Shown here in pieces: positions 10,348 to 20,958 of a stretch of 64,000 bases of DNA. Each line of letters begins with the position of its first letter. Within the stretch, counting starts at the first letter, position 1. The notes beneath the pieces are model-generated. The model searched no databases. It worked only from the letters and a program-made list of their open reading frames with translations, and was not told the origin of the DNA. The DNA is taken from positions 124,001 through 188,000 of IMG/VR virus record IMGVR_UViG_3300031344_000002. One strand, given 5' to 3'. The position numbers were made by a program, and so were the translations under genes.

Positions 10348-10609
10348 ATTTTAATTTTTAATAGTTCATGTTATTTTTTTGAAAATTAATTAGTTATTAA
10401 CTAAAAATTTTTAAATATTACCACAAATTAGTGGCATTTTTAAACTAAAATGCCTGAAAAATATTATTTTTTCAGGTATTGCTATATATATTGGAGAAAT
10501 TTGTCCTGTACTTTCAGTAGAATCGGCAAAATTGTATGTTCTTTTTAATTGTTTCAAATTTTAATTATTTAAATTTAGTAAATATAAATACTTAGACATT
10601 TTTAATTTA

Positions 10610-11344
10610 TCAACCAATTGATTTTACATATTTACGTTTCTCCAACATTCTTTCAATTGTTTTTTCTGGAGAATATATAAATAAATGAGAATTATTAATT
10701 CTATTAAAGCCACATTTATTAGCAATTGTAAATAACTTATATTCATTTATTTCAGTATCTTTTTTCTTGGTTAATTCATCAAGTGAATAGTATTTAAATG
10801 CTGGAACATTAATAATTTCAGTTAATTTAAGATTTTCTTTAACTTGAACTGATTTTCGATTATAATAATAATCAGCATCGATATAATTATTTTGAAATGG
10901 TTTAATTAATGCAATAATTGCAGTGTTTTTATAATAAAAATCTCTATAAATCATTTCAATGAATTCTTCAGTTATTCCACATTTCCGATAATCTTTACGT
11001 AAAATAAAAGAATGAATAAAAACAATTTTTTTGAAATCTTTTATTTCAATTTCTTTATCTTGAGCCATATCTATCAATTCAGAATAAGTATTTTCGACAA
11101 TACGTTCTGTAATTAATTTGTTTAAATTCGCACCAAATTTTATTCCTAATTCAATATCCCATACAGAGAATCCATATTCACCAATAATAAGTGGCGGTTT
11201 TTGATTAGCTATTCTAATTTCAGATACACATCCTTCATATTCAGTAATAATATTTTCATCATCATTTACAAGGTCAAAATTCTTACGATAACCTTGTGTT
11301 TTGAATGTGATATTACTCCATAATTTCAAATTTATATCATTCAT
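10610..11344 (-). CDS. hypothetical protein, possibly GNAT-like
   Basis: ILRKDYRKCGI resembles GNAT motif A. Confidence 0.4.
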   Translation of the reverse strand: MNDINLKLWSNITFKTQGYRKNFDLVNDDENIITEYEGCVSEIRIANQKPPLIIGEYGFSVWDIELGIKFGANLNKLITERIVENTYSELIDMAQDKEIEIKDFKKIVFIHSFILRKDYRKCGITEEFIEMIYRDFYYKNTAIIALIKPFQNNYIDADYYYNRKSVQVKENLKLTEIINVPAFKYYSLDELTKKKDTEINEYKLFTIANKCGFNRINNSHLFIYSPEKTIERMLEKRKYVKSIG

Positions 11345-11381
11345 TGTGCAAATATATGTAAAATTAATTTAATGTGCAAAT

Positions 11382-11816
11382 TCATTGTAATTCATTTGCC
11401 TTCCCCATTTTACCCAATAGGTCAACATAATAGTTCTTTATTTCATTGGTATGTAAATATTCTTTAGGTTCGAAATTCTCATCTATCCAGTCCATCCAAT
11501 AAAGTTGAATACCAAATCTTTGCATATCATTAATAAAATCATTAATAGTAATTGGTATTGATATTATGTATTTTATAGTATTTGAAACATTTTTATAAAT
11601 AATATAATGTTTTGGATAAAATTCGAGAATAATTTTATCATCATTCGTGAATTTATACCAATTCATCATGTTTTTACAATGCCAACCCTCAAAGAGTGTT
11701 TCACAAGATTTTTCATTAAATACCGGATATAACATATCAATAGTGAATGGAAGAGCGAGAAATTGTTTGAACTTCTCGCTCCCTGTTGTTTGTATGAATG
11801 GAACTACTTTTATCAT
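11382..11816 (-). CDS. hypothetical protein
   Basis: ORF track. Confidence 0.55.
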   Translation of the reverse strand: MIKVVPFIQTTGSEKFKQFLALPFTIDMLYPVFNEKSCETLFEGWHCKNMMNWYKFTNDDKIILEFYPKHYIIYKNVSNTIKYIISIPITINDFINDMQRFGIQLYWMDWIDENFEPKEYLHTNEIKNYYVDLLGKMGKANELQ

Positions 11817-11822
11817 GTTATT

Positions 11823-12596
11823 TTATTTTGAATAATGTTGCCAAATATCATACGTTCCATCATTATTTGGTGTAAAACGCCAAGTTTTCCAAGAATAATC
11901 TTCATCATGTCCATTATCACTGATAAATATCAATAATCGTATTTCTATATTACCATTATCTAATTTTTTTACGTATCCATTGCTAACACCATTTTTAACA
12001 TAAAGTAGGTCTTTAAGGTCATCTCTATTTAAATATGTATAGCTATATGATGCTACACCATCAGAAGTACAACCATAATAATCAGTTTGAATGGCATTTG
12101 ATGCAACATTCCATTTACCGTTATCATAACGAAGTAAATAAAGATTTCTTTCTATTTTTTCTCCATAATGTAAAACAGGAAAATTCCGAAAATTAAGTGT
12201 ATCTGCATATGAAATCAAATATAATTTACCATTTTCACCATAAAATGAATATGTTCTTGTTTTTAAATATTCATTTAAATCTCCACCCTTTTGAGCACAC
12301 CAAATACGAGATTTATCAACATCAACAAATGATGTGTTCGTTCCAAATTGACATATTTGCGACCCAACATGTTCTTTGTGACCAAAGAAATTGGAAGCCT
12401 TAGCGATACTGTCAGCTATAGCTTGAGCTTTAGCTGTAGAATCTGCAATACGCTGATTTTCTGCTTGAACTTTAGCAAGAGAGTCAGCCATTTTGGTAGA
12501 GTCAGCAATTCTTTGTGCTTCAAGTTCTTCAGCACTTGGTTCACATGCAGTGATTATTAAACCTGCAATAACGAATAATAATAATAACTTTTTCAT
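11823..12596 (-). CDS. Bacteroidota-type lipoprotein
   Basis: signal peptide ending in ITAC lipobox; repeated (I/M)ADS linker. Confidence 0.7.
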   Translation of the reverse strand: MKKLLLLFVIAGLIITACEPSAEELEAQRIADSTKMADSLAKVQAENQRIADSTAKAQAIADSIAKASNFFGHKEHVGSQICQFGTNTSFVDVDKSRIWCAQKGGDLNEYLKTRTYSFYGENGKLYLISYADTLNFRNFPVLHYGEKIERNLYLLRYDNGKWNVASNAIQTDYYGCTSDGVASYSYTYLNRDDLKDLLYVKNGVSNGYVKKLDNGNIEIRLLIFISDNGHDEDYSWKTWRFTPNNDGTYDIWQHYSK

Positions 12597-12619
12597 TTGT
12601 TTTATTTTTTCTTTACTTG

Positions 12620-12650
12620 ATTATACGGAAAACAAGTAAAAATGTTGCAA
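12620..12650 (-). promoter_or_regulatory. ECF-sigma-like promoter TGCAAC-N16-CGTATAAT
   Basis: minus-strand copy of the recurrent motif, upstream of the lipoprotein gene. Confidence 0.6.
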
Positions 12651-12679
12651 AAAACACGTATTTTTTGTACGTGTTTTTA
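12651..12679. terminator. bidirectional terminator-like hairpin
   Basis: AAAACACGTA-TTTTTTG-TACGTGTTTT. Confidence 0.55.
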
Positions 12680-12698
12680 TTTTTAGATAAAATATGTG

Positions 12699-12914
12699 TT
12701 ATTTTAATTCATATTCACCGACTACTAATACCATAAGATTGGTTGGCTTTTTTTTATCTTTCATTTCGGTTTTCATCACCGCATCAACATAATAATCAGA
12801 AAAAATTTCTCCAACATTTAACCATGTCCTGTCATTTATTTCAAAGAGTACTGCTTCAGTATCGGCATTAATAAATTTAACAGTTAGTCTTGGTGTTTCT
12901 TTTGTGTATTTCAT
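12699..12914 (-). CDS. hypothetical protein
   Basis: ORF track. Confidence 0.55.
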   Translation of the reverse strand: MKYTKETPRLTVKFINADTEAVLFEINDRTWLNVGEIFSDYYVDAVMKTEMKDKKKPTNLMVLVVGEYELK

Positions 12915-12936
12915 AATTATAATTAATTAATAATGT

Positions 12937-13464
12937 TTATGGTAATTTAATATTAAATTTATTCGATAAATATAATAATGCTTCTGCATTACCTTTACAG
13001 TCATCTAAGGGAAAATGCGAGTGATGTGTTATTCGATGTTTTTTCCATTTATACCACATATCATGTTCTGCTCCACAAAATAAATCACCAATCCTTCTTG
13101 AAGAATAGCCAAATGGATTACTACCATAAAATTTATGAAAATAATAATTAAGACATACACCAAAATCATATCCATTATTATCTGAAATACCAATGGGTTG
13201 ACCATTTACATTTTCTTTCAACCAATCCGCAAATCTTTTCATTACTATTTCTGGCTCATCAAATTTAAGATGTTCTTCACGACTAAAACCACTAATAGCT
13301 AATGCTTCGGGATTCCATTTATCAGAAATTGGTCGCATTTGTCCATAAAATGTTTTGGAAAGTGATGGTTCGACAATAATTGCAGCAAAACAAACTATTG
13401 AATAATCCGGCATATAACCGCCATCGCTCTCACAATCCACACATATTAGTCTATTTTTACTCAT
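12937..13464 (-). CDS. DEDDh 3'-5' exonuclease (Rv2179c/DUF5051-like)
   Basis: VDCESDG, SDNNGYD, HFPLDD motifs. Confidence 0.8.
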   Translation of the reverse strand: MSKNRLICVDCESDGGYMPDYSIVCFAAIIVEPSLSKTFYGQMRPISDKWNPEALAISGFSREEHLKFDEPEIVMKRFADWLKENVNGQPIGISDNNGYDFGVCLNYYFHKFYGSNPFGYSSRRIGDLFCGAEHDMWYKWKKHRITHHSHFPLDDCKGNAEALLYLSNKFNIKLP

Positions 13465-13706
13465 ACTTTTAATGCCATTTTTTGTAAATTTGATTTAAAT
13501 GCTTGTCTTGCAAAAATAAATAAAAATATTTCATAAAATGTATGCATTAATGCAAAACCATAATGAAATATTGTTATAAGTAAGGCAACAATTAAACCAA
13601 AGGTTAATTTATATAACCAGCCATTAAAACGATTAAATAATACTACAATTCGTTTCCAATGAATTTTTTCTTTTTTCCAAAGTATTATAAATAAATTTGT
13701 TTTCAT
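13461..13706 (-). CDS. small membrane protein
   Basis: hydrophobic segment; overlaps the next gene. Confidence 0.5.
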   Translation of the reverse strand: MKTNLFIILWKKEKIHWKRIVVLFNRFNGWLYKLTFGLIVALLITIFHYGFALMHTFYEIFLFIFARQAFKSNLQKMALKV

Positions 13707-13708
13707 AA

Positions 13709-14344
13709 TTAGAATGGTATTTTACGAATTAATGAATCTGGTATTAATTTATATTCTTTTGGCGGAATATAAAGAATTGTAATTGTTTTAATGCTTGGTA
13801 AACTAAAACCAACGAGCCAACTACTTTTACTTTTTGGTATATCATATATTAATTTTTTCTCGCATCGATATGCAATAGTATCTGATTGACTTGGCGCAAT
13901 GTATACTTCGTTCCATTTATCATAATCTTGTTGATATGACTTACAAAAAGTTCCAACATGAAAATTTTTTAATTTTACATCGTTGGTGTCATTAGTATAA
14001 AACAAAATTGTGATAGGAAATTGTTTATGCAACGTATCTTTTCTTTTAAAGAATTCTGTTGCATTATGATTTTCATAATAATTAAATCCTAAAACAACAT
14101 GACTTTTATGATAATCTTTAAAAAGACTTTTTTGCGTAAAAAATGTATGTAATGGACTTGTGGTAATAATTTCAGTTCTGGTTTGTAAACTTCCACGAAC
14201 TATGAAATTAGTTACAAGTGTAGCAACAAATGCTACACCACAAATAATTAAAAGTACTAAATATCTATTTTCCCAAAATTTGTTTTTGAAAAAACAAAGC
14301 GAAATTATTGATGTGATTATAGCTGATAATATAAACGTTAACAT
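13709..14344 (-). CDS. hypothetical membrane-anchored protein
   Basis: two N-terminal TM segments. Confidence 0.55.
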   Translation of the reverse strand: MLTFILSAIITSIISLCFFKNKFWENRYLVLLIICGVAFVATLVTNFIVRGSLQTRTEIITTSPLHTFFTQKSLFKDYHKSHVVLGFNYYENHNATEFFKRKDTLHKQFPITILFYTNDTNDVKLKNFHVGTFCKSYQQDYDKWNEVYIAPSQSDTIAYRCEKKLIYDIPKSKSSWLVGFSLPSIKTITILYIPPKEYKLIPDSLIRKIPF

Positions 14345-14373
14345 AATTTTAAGTTTTAAGTGTTAAAAAATTT

Positions 14374-15771
14374 TTACTTTTCTTCTTCAGTATCAACCCA
14401 TTCAATTCCGGGACAATAATCACTATAACTTGCATTGAAGTATTCACCAAATACCCCACTACTATTTTTGAGACCACTACCAAATGCTTTGAATATCTTC
14501 CAAATAAGGATACCTAATGGTGCAAGTATAAGTTTAAACATAAAACTATAGAATATAATTTTAATTGGTATACATATTACATAAAAAAATCCGTATGCAA
14601 ATCCAAGTACAATATATTTCACAGGATACCAAATTAAATAAATTAATGGTTCAACATACCAAACCTTTTTACCAATTTGATATTTATTAACTATATTTTG
14701 TAACCAACCGCTAATAAGCACATATAGTACATAAAAAATACCAATAATAATTGCAACACAACCAATAAATGCAAAAATCGCCCAATTTGCAATACACCAA
14801 TCAGTAACTACAATTATACAATATACTAATCCATTAACCCCAAAATAAGATACTGCAAGTAGGAATAAAGTAACAATGCCACCAACAAATTGTTTAGTTC
14901 TTTTAATAATGTTTTTTAAATTAGCTGGATTAAAAGTAAATGCGTTAGAAATTGAAGCAAAGATTTTCTCAAAACCATCATTAATTGGTTTCATTTTAGC
15001 ATCCCATTTAGCTTTTCTTTCTGCTTGAAGACGTTTACGTTCAAAATATTTACGTTTATTTTCTTCTTCTCTTTTTTGTGCTTCTTCTCTAATAAATTGA
15101 TGAGATTTTGCTAATTCTTCACGCCATTCTTCCCATTTTATTGTAAGTTCTTTTTTCTTTTTTTGATATTCTTCTGGATTTATTTTACCATCAAGATGAT
15201 ATTTTTCAAGCAAGAAATAATCTAAGAAATTCTCATCAGATTTGTTAAAATATATCTTTGCTGTTATTGGCATTTTTTTATTGCTATACCAATATATGTC
15301 CCATACTTGTCGTTCATCGACATTCATTATCCAATCATCAGTAAGTTTTTTTAGTCCCCAAACTAATGCTTTAGGAATTAATAAAAATATGAATTTAATT
15401 AAATATCCAAGCAATACAAATATTACCACAAATAGTGAAAACAGTAATAACCAGAAATAAGGACAACCATTTTGCATTGTTTTAGGTGTTGGTGCATTAC
15501 TGCGAAGTATGAATTTAATCAAACGATAATGCCATGATTTCATACTAACTCGCATAAGTTTAGGTTTTTCAGATAAAGTGATAAATTGTGCATCGCTTTC
15601 TTTTAAAGATACTTTCTCATCGATGGCAATATTACCATTATCAATTTCAACGACTTTTATGTAATAGCCATCAATACCATTTTTATAGAGAAATCCTCTA
15701 TAATGAGAAATAGTTGATTGATTATATTCAACCACTTTGTTCAACAATAATTCTAATTTTTCGTTTTTCAT
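14374..15771 (-). CDS. multi-pass membrane protein with coiled coil
   Basis: several hydrophobic segments; 465 aa. Confidence 0.6.
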   Translation of the reverse strand: MKNEKLELLLNKVVEYNQSTISHYRGFLYKNGIDGYYIKVVEIDNGNIAIDEKVSLKESDAQFITLSEKPKLMRVSMKSWHYRLIKFILRSNAPTPKTMQNGCPYFWLLLFSLFVVIFVLLGYLIKFIFLLIPKALVWGLKKLTDDWIMNVDERQVWDIYWYSNKKMPITAKIYFNKSDENFLDYFLLEKYHLDGKINPEEYQKKKKELTIKWEEWREELAKSHQFIREEAQKREEENKRKYFERKRLQAERKAKWDAKMKPINDGFEKIFASISNAFTFNPANLKNIIKRTKQFVGGIVTLFLLAVSYFGVNGLVYCIIVVTDWCIANWAIFAFIGCVAIIIGIFYVLYVLISGWLQNIVNKYQIGKKVWYVEPLIYLIWYPVKYIVLGFAYGFFYVICIPIKIIFYSFMFKLILAPLGILIWKIFKAFGSGLKNSSGVFGEYFNASYSDYCPGIEWVDTEEEK

Positions 15772-15772
15772 T

Positions 15773-16270
15773 TTATAATAAATTAATTAATTTAAAAATC
15801 TTATCTTTTATTCCGCTTTGTTTAATACCTTCGTTCGCTATTGGTGTTCTAATGAAATTATTAGGAAGCCATTTTGATAAATCAAGGTCATCAATTGCAA
15901 TAAATTTTTTAATATTATGGTCTTCAACATATTTTAATATTTCATTTGCACGACATTCTTCTAATTTGGCTAAATTGAAATATTTTATCCCCCATAATTG
16001 TGGGGTGACATCAAAAATTTTTGCATTAACCATATTTATTTCAAAAATGCGATTAAGTTGTTCAATAGTATAACTATCTTTCCAATCACTTGACAATACA
16101 ATAACTGGTTTTACTTTTTCAATAATTTGATTAAATACTTTTACGCATTTTTCATCAAATTTATAACGATGATATTCTGAATTCCATTTATCTTTATTAG
16201 TAAAATATTGTTCAGTAACACACAGAACTCCATCAATATCCGTAAACAAAATAATTGAATCATCATTCAT
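15773..16270 (-). CDS. HAD phosphatase, Swiss-Army-Knife RNA-repair family (HAD_SAK_2)
   Basis: FTDIDGVL, VLSSDW, IAIDD motifs. Confidence 0.85.
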   Translation of the reverse strand: MNDDSIILFTDIDGVLCVTEQYFTNKDKWNSEYHRYKFDEKCVKVFNQIIEKVKPVIVLSSDWKDSYTIEQLNRIFEINMVNAKIFDVTPQLWGIKYFNLAKLEECRANEILKYVEDHNIKKFIAIDDLDLSKWLPNNFIRTPIANEGIKQSGIKDKIFKLINLL

Positions 16271-16282
16271 TATTATAATTAT

Positions 16283-16831
16283 TTATTTATTTATATCATG
16301 TATATAATCCAATATTACCCAAAGTTTTTCAACTTCATCCATATTAAGATTATCTTTATACCAAGTTAATGCTTTTTTAAATATTGGTTTGCGATATTTA
16401 TATTCTTCAACATATTTTTTATACATCGAACTACCATGTTCTTTACTATATTGAGCATTGGCATAAATATCACACATTTTAAGAATTATTGCACGATAAT
16501 CTTTTACAGTTTTGGGCATTGTAAGTAAGTGTCGCATTAAACGATTTTCTGCAGGAACATCAGTAACTGCTAAAACAATATCGGCAACATCTTTACCACA
16601 AACTTCACAAATATTATTATATGTTAATTTTGCATCTTCAATACCATCATGAAGGAAAATTGCACCAATGGTTGGTTCAATATCTAATTTATTTTTATAT
16701 ATTAATACATGAGAATTAAATATGTCTTTCACCATATTAATATGAATAAAATAATTTCCACCATTATATTCACAATTAGCATCGTTATAAATTTTTTGTG
16801 CAAATCCTTTTATTTTTTCTAAATTTATCAT
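16283..16831 (-). CDS. HD-domain hydrolase, SpoT/Mesh1 small alarmone hydrolase-like
   Basis: YFIH..MV, LHDGIED, VLAVTD, LKMCD..AN motifs. Confidence 0.75.
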   Translation of the reverse strand: MINLEKIKGFAQKIYNDANCEYNGGNYFIHINMVKDIFNSHVLIYKNKLDIEPTIGAIFLHDGIEDAKLTYNNICEVCGKDVADIVLAVTDVPAENRLMRHLLTMPKTVKDYRAIILKMCDIYANAQYSKEHGSSMYKKYVEEYKYRKPIFKKALTWYKDNLNMDEVEKLWVILDYIHDINK

Positions 16832-16919
16832 GATGCAAAGATAAAACAAAATAATTAATATAAAAATTTTAAAGCAATATTATTATAAAAAATATTAATA
16901 ATTATTAACACCAATGTGT

Positions 16920-16951
16920 GAATTATGTAATTTTTTATCGGAATTATGTAA
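16920..16951 (+). promoter_or_regulatory. tandem direct repeat GAATTATGTAA with 21-bp period, candidate activator site
   Basis: identical 11-mers at 16920 and 16941 upstream of the ice-binding island. Confidence 0.45.
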
Positions 16952-17058
16952 CATTTATTTAAAACAGTTTTCTATTTATGATATATGATGTAATCATACT
17001 TATTCAACATTTACGTCTCTGTTAATTACACATAATAAATTAAGAACGAACATTAAAT

Positions 17059-18537
17059 ATGCAAAAAATGAAAACAAAAAAATTATTGTCAACTATTATG
17101 GGAATTATTATTACATTGATTGTATTAATCACATGTAAAAAAGATGATTTTAAAGAAATTGTTGGTACGTGCCCCCAATCACAAATAGAATTTACTGTTG
17201 CATTATCATCAAAACCTCTTGCTGGCGGAACAACAATTGGTGATGGAACATTTCCTAAAGATTCATCGATAACTGTTGCTGCAACTCCAAATACTGGATA
17301 TGTTTTTACTAATTGGACAAATGAAGCAACAATTGTTTCAACAAGTTCAAGTTATACATTTACTTTAACAAAAAATACAACATTAATTGCCAACTTTACT
17401 CCTGTAATTGCTGGAAATTTTGCTGTTATATTATCATCAAAACCTCTTGCTGGCGGAACAACAAATGGTGGTGGTTCATTTCTTGCTGGTTCTTCAGTAA
17501 CAATTAATGCAATACCAAATATTAATTATAAGTTTATTAATTGGACAAAAGGAACAACTATTGTTTCCGTAACCCCTAGTCATACGTTTATTTTAACAAA
17601 AGATACAACATTAATTGCAAATTTTTTACTTAATGCATATACATTAAATGTTACCGCAGTTAATGGTAGTGTCACAAAAACTCCCAATCAATTTACGTAT
17701 AATAGTGGTACTTCGGTTATCCTTATACCTATTCCTGCTTTAGGATATGTATTTAATTCTTGGAGTGGTGATGCAAGTGGTAATATAAATCCTTTAAATA
17801 TTACTATGAATTCTAATAAGAATATTATAGCTAATTTTACTGCAATTATTATTATTTGCCCTACAATTATTGATTTAGGATTATCAGGTAACTTTGCAAT
17901 ATTTGCAGAATCTGGAATTTCAACCACTGGTGTTACTTTAATTACAGGCGATATTGGAGTAAATCCTGTGACATCTACATCAATAACTGGATTTGGATTA
18001 ATTCTTCCAGCAGGTAGTGCATTTTCAACATCAAGTCTTGTTGCCGGAAAAATTTATGCTCCTGATTATGCTTCACCTTCACCTGCTAACATGGTAACCA
18101 CAAGTGGCAATATGCATACAGCATATACAACTGCAAATGGTTTAGTTGTTCCAGCACCTGTTAATGAATTCATGGCTGGTAATCTTAATGGTCAAACTTT
18201 AACTAAAGGTATTTACAAATGGAGTTCTGGCGTTTCAATAACAAATGGTATTGTATTGGATGGTGGTGGTGATAATTGTGCAACATTCATATTCCAAATA
18301 GCTAAAGACCTTACAGTAGCAAATAGTGCAATTATTACATTACAGAATGGTGCTCAAGCAAAGAATATATTTTGGATAGTTGCTGGTAGTGGTGCAATTT
18401 TAGGAACAAACGTTAATTTTAGTGGAAATATTTTATGTAAGACATTGATTTCAGTGAATACTGGTAGTAAAGTTACTGGTAGATTGCTTGCTCAAACGGC
18501 AGTTACATTAAATGCGGTAACAATAGTTAAACCATAA
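17059..18537 (+). CDS. ice-binding family protein (DUF3494) lipoprotein with Listeria-Bacteroides/InlB-B repeats
   Basis: LITC lipobox; three A.P..GY.F..W repeats; C-terminal FAIFAESGIST..ITGDIG..GIYKW..FIFQI..NIFW..GRLLAQTAVTL. Confidence 0.9.
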   Translation: MQKMKTKKLLSTIMGIIITLIVLITCKKDDFKEIVGTCPQSQIEFTVALSSKPLAGGTTIGDGTFPKDSSITVAATPNTGYVFTNWTNEATIVSTSSSYTFTLTKNTTLIANFTPVIAGNFAVILSSKPLAGGTTNGGGSFLAGSSVTINAIPNINYKFINWTKGTTIVSVTPSHTFILTKDTTLIANFLLNAYTLNVTAVNGSVTKTPNQFTYNSGTSVILIPIPALGYVFNSWSGDASGNINPLNITMNSNKNIIANFTAIIIICPTIIDLGLSGNFAIFAESGISTTGVTLITGDIGVNPVTSTSITGFGLILPAGSAFSTSSLVAGKIYAPDYASPSPANMVTTSGNMHTAYTTANGLVVPAPVNEFMAGNLNGQTLTKGIYKWSSGVSITNGIVLDGGGDNCATFIFQIAKDLTVANSAIITLQNGAQAKNIFWIVAGSGAILGTNVNFSGNILCKTLISVNTGSKVTGRLLAQTAVTLNAVTIVKP

Positions 18538-18567
18538 TAATTATAAAGAAAAATAATAAACAAAAAT

Positions 18568-19863
18568 ATGAAAACAAATATTATAAAGAAAATTTTTAAC
18601 ATTAAAACACTTACATTATGTATTTTAATGTTGATTGGTACAAATCTTCAATCACAAGAAAACCAGATAAATAAAAATGCTCAAAATTATGTAGATACTA
18701 CATTAACAAGAAAAGATACAATACCATCATGGTGGTTTGGTGCTGCTGTTGGTGGAAATTTAAATTATTACCGTGGTTCAACCCAAAATGTGAATGCTAA
18801 TTTATTTTCATATCCTGCTTTCCATAATGGTAATGGTATAGGATTATATATTGCACCTGTTGTTATATTTCATAATCCCGAAAAAGTTTTTGGTGGTATG
18901 TTCGAATTAGGATATGATAACCGTAAAGGTAAATTTAATGAAGTAACAACTCCATGTAATTGTCCTGCAGATTTAAAAACAAATTTAAGTTATATAACAA
19001 TTGAACCAAGTATACATATGACACCATTTAAAGGTAATTTTTATTTATTTGCCGGTCCTCGTATGGGAATTACAATCGGAAAATCATTTGTATATAATAA
19101 AGGTAAAAGTGTTGATGGATTAATACCAGCAGAACCTCAATTAAAAGGTAATTTTACTAATATGTATGAAGCAGTAATATCTATGCATATTGGTGCTGGA
19201 TATGATATTATACTTACATCAAATTTTAATGATAGTATTAAAGGTAGTAAAGAAGGTCGAAAATATAATGAAATGGTATTATCGCCATTTATAGATTTCC
19301 ATCCATACTTTGGTCAGAATCCACGCACAATTGAAACATGGAATCTAACTACAATTAGAATAGGTGCAGTACTTAAATTTGGTCATGTAAAGATTCAAGC
19401 AAAAACAAGACCAATTATAATACCAGTTTCTGATACAATAATACCAGTTCCTGTTCCTGTTGTTGTTATACCTGTTATTATAGTTGTTCCAGAACCAATA
19501 AAAATTACTACGGCATATACTTTATATTTCAAATTTGATGAATCAAACCTTGATAATCAAACAATTAATTATTTAGATAATTTAATTAATGATTTGAAAA
19601 AAGATACAACAATTGGTATTCAAATTAAATCATATGCAGATATGAGAGGAACTGAAGATTATAATATAAGTCTTTCAGAAAGACGTGGTAAAGCAGTTGT
19701 TGATTACATGATTAGTAAGGGTATTGATATATCAAGAATTAACTCAACAGCTTATGGTAAAACAAAAATATTTAATGAATATAAAGAAAGTACTAATGAA
19801 ATTGAATACGCATTAAATCGTAGGTCTAATATAATAGTAATTGGTATTGCAAGTAAAAAATAA
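18568..19863 (+). CDS. OmpA-family outer membrane protein (beta-barrel plus OmpA_C)
   Basis: signal peptide; YFKFDES, YADMRG..YN..LSERRG.AV, LNRRS motifs. Confidence 0.9.
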   Translation: MKTNIIKKIFNIKTLTLCILMLIGTNLQSQENQINKNAQNYVDTTLTRKDTIPSWWFGAAVGGNLNYYRGSTQNVNANLFSYPAFHNGNGIGLYIAPVVIFHNPEKVFGGMFELGYDNRKGKFNEVTTPCNCPADLKTNLSYITIEPSIHMTPFKGNFYLFAGPRMGITIGKSFVYNKGKSVDGLIPAEPQLKGNFTNMYEAVISMHIGAGYDIILTSNFNDSIKGSKEGRKYNEMVLSPFIDFHPYFGQNPRTIETWNLTTIRIGAVLKFGHVKIQAKTRPIIIPVSDTIIPVPVPVVVIPVIIVVPEPIKITTAYTLYFKFDESNLDNQTINYLDNLINDLKKDTTIGIQIKSYADMRGTEDYNISLSERRGKAVVDYMISKGIDISRINSTAYGKTKIFNEYKESTNEIEYALNRRSNIIVIGIASKK

Positions 19864-19891
19864 TTAGATTTTAATAAAAACTCCAAATAAA

Positions 19892-19996
19892 ATGATAATT
19901 AAGATAATATTATTTGTTATTATTGTAATAGTGGTAGTTGCCATATATTTCAAAATAATTAAAGAAAGAAAAAATAAAACAAAAAACTCGTTATAA
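19892..19996 (+). CDS. 34-aa single-TM protein (not in ORF track)
   Basis: MIIKIILFVIIVIVVVAIYFKIIKERKNKTKNSL. Confidence 0.4.
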   Translation: MIIKIILFVIIVIVVVAIYFKIIKERKNKTKNSL

Positions 19997-20032
19997 TCTT
20001 ATTGATTATAATATTTTAAAAAATATAAAATA

Positions 20033-20767
20033 ATGAAAAAAATATTTACATTATTTACTGTAATTAGTATTGCACTAAGTATTTTTATTGTTGAATGTAA
20101 AAAAGATAATAATTCTGTTATAAAAATTAATATCCCAATTCAAACAATAAAAATGACACAACCATCACTTGCAAGTATAACGAATTTTGTAATTCTTGCT
20201 GGTGCGTCAATTACAAGTACAAATGCAACTATAATTACAGGTAATCTTGGATTATGTCCGGGTACTTCTATAAGTGGTTTTCCACCAGCAATATTAAATG
20301 GAACTCTTCATGTTAATGATTTAATTGCAATTCAAGCAAAACTTGATTTGATTTCTGTTTATAATGATTTAATGGGACGTAAAAGTACTGATATTGTAAC
20401 ATTATCGGGAAATATTGGTGGTCTTACATTAACTCCGGGTTTATATAAATCAACATCTACGTTAGCAATATCTTCCGGTGATTTAACTTTTGATGCGAAA
20501 GGTGATACCAATGCTATTTTTATCATACAAATAGCATCAAGTCTTACAACTACTTCTGGACGTAAAGTTATTTTAACTGATGGTGCTGTTGCATCTAATA
20601 TTTATTGGCAAATAGGTAGTTCAGCAACATTTGGAACTACTTCAGTATTTAAAGGAACAATTATCGCATTACAATCAATTACATTTAATACTGGTGCAAC
20701 ACTTAATGGTAGAGCATTAGTAAGAAATGGTAGTATAACAATGATTGGTAATACAATTACAAAATAA
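20033..20767 (+). CDS. second DUF3494 ice-binding family protein
   Basis: FVILAGASIT..ITGNLG, TLTPGLY, IFIIQI, IYWQIGSSAT, LNGRAL motifs; signal peptide. Confidence 0.9.
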   Translation: MKKIFTLFTVISIALSIFIVECKKDNNSVIKINIPIQTIKMTQPSLASITNFVILAGASITSTNATIITGNLGLCPGTSISGFPPAILNGTLHVNDLIAIQAKLDLISVYNDLMGRKSTDIVTLSGNIGGLTLTPGLYKSTSTLAISSGDLTFDAKGDTNAIFIIQIASSLTTTSGRKVILTDGAVASNIYWQIGSSATFGTTSVFKGTIIALQSITFNTGATLNGRALVRNGSITMIGNTITK

Positions 20768-20775
20768 TAAATAAA

Positions 20776-20928
20776 ATGGGAACACTACTTTACATAATAG
20801 CATTTATATTTCTCATAGGATGGGCAATAGGTGTTTTTGTTTTTGCTGTTAGTGGATTTATTCACGTACTTCTAATTATTGCAATAATTGCAATATTATT
20901 TAGACTTATAAAAGGCAAAACAATATAA
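20776..20928 (+). CDS. lmo0937-family (DUF5670) small membrane protein (not in ORF track)
   Basis: MGTLLYIIAFIFLIGWAIG...GFIHVLLIIAIIAILFRLIKG. Confidence 0.75.
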   Translation: MGTLLYIIAFIFLIGWAIGVFVFAVSGFIHVLLIIAIIAILFRLIKGKTI

Positions 20929-20958
20929 AAATAATATTATTAATTAAAAACAAATAAA

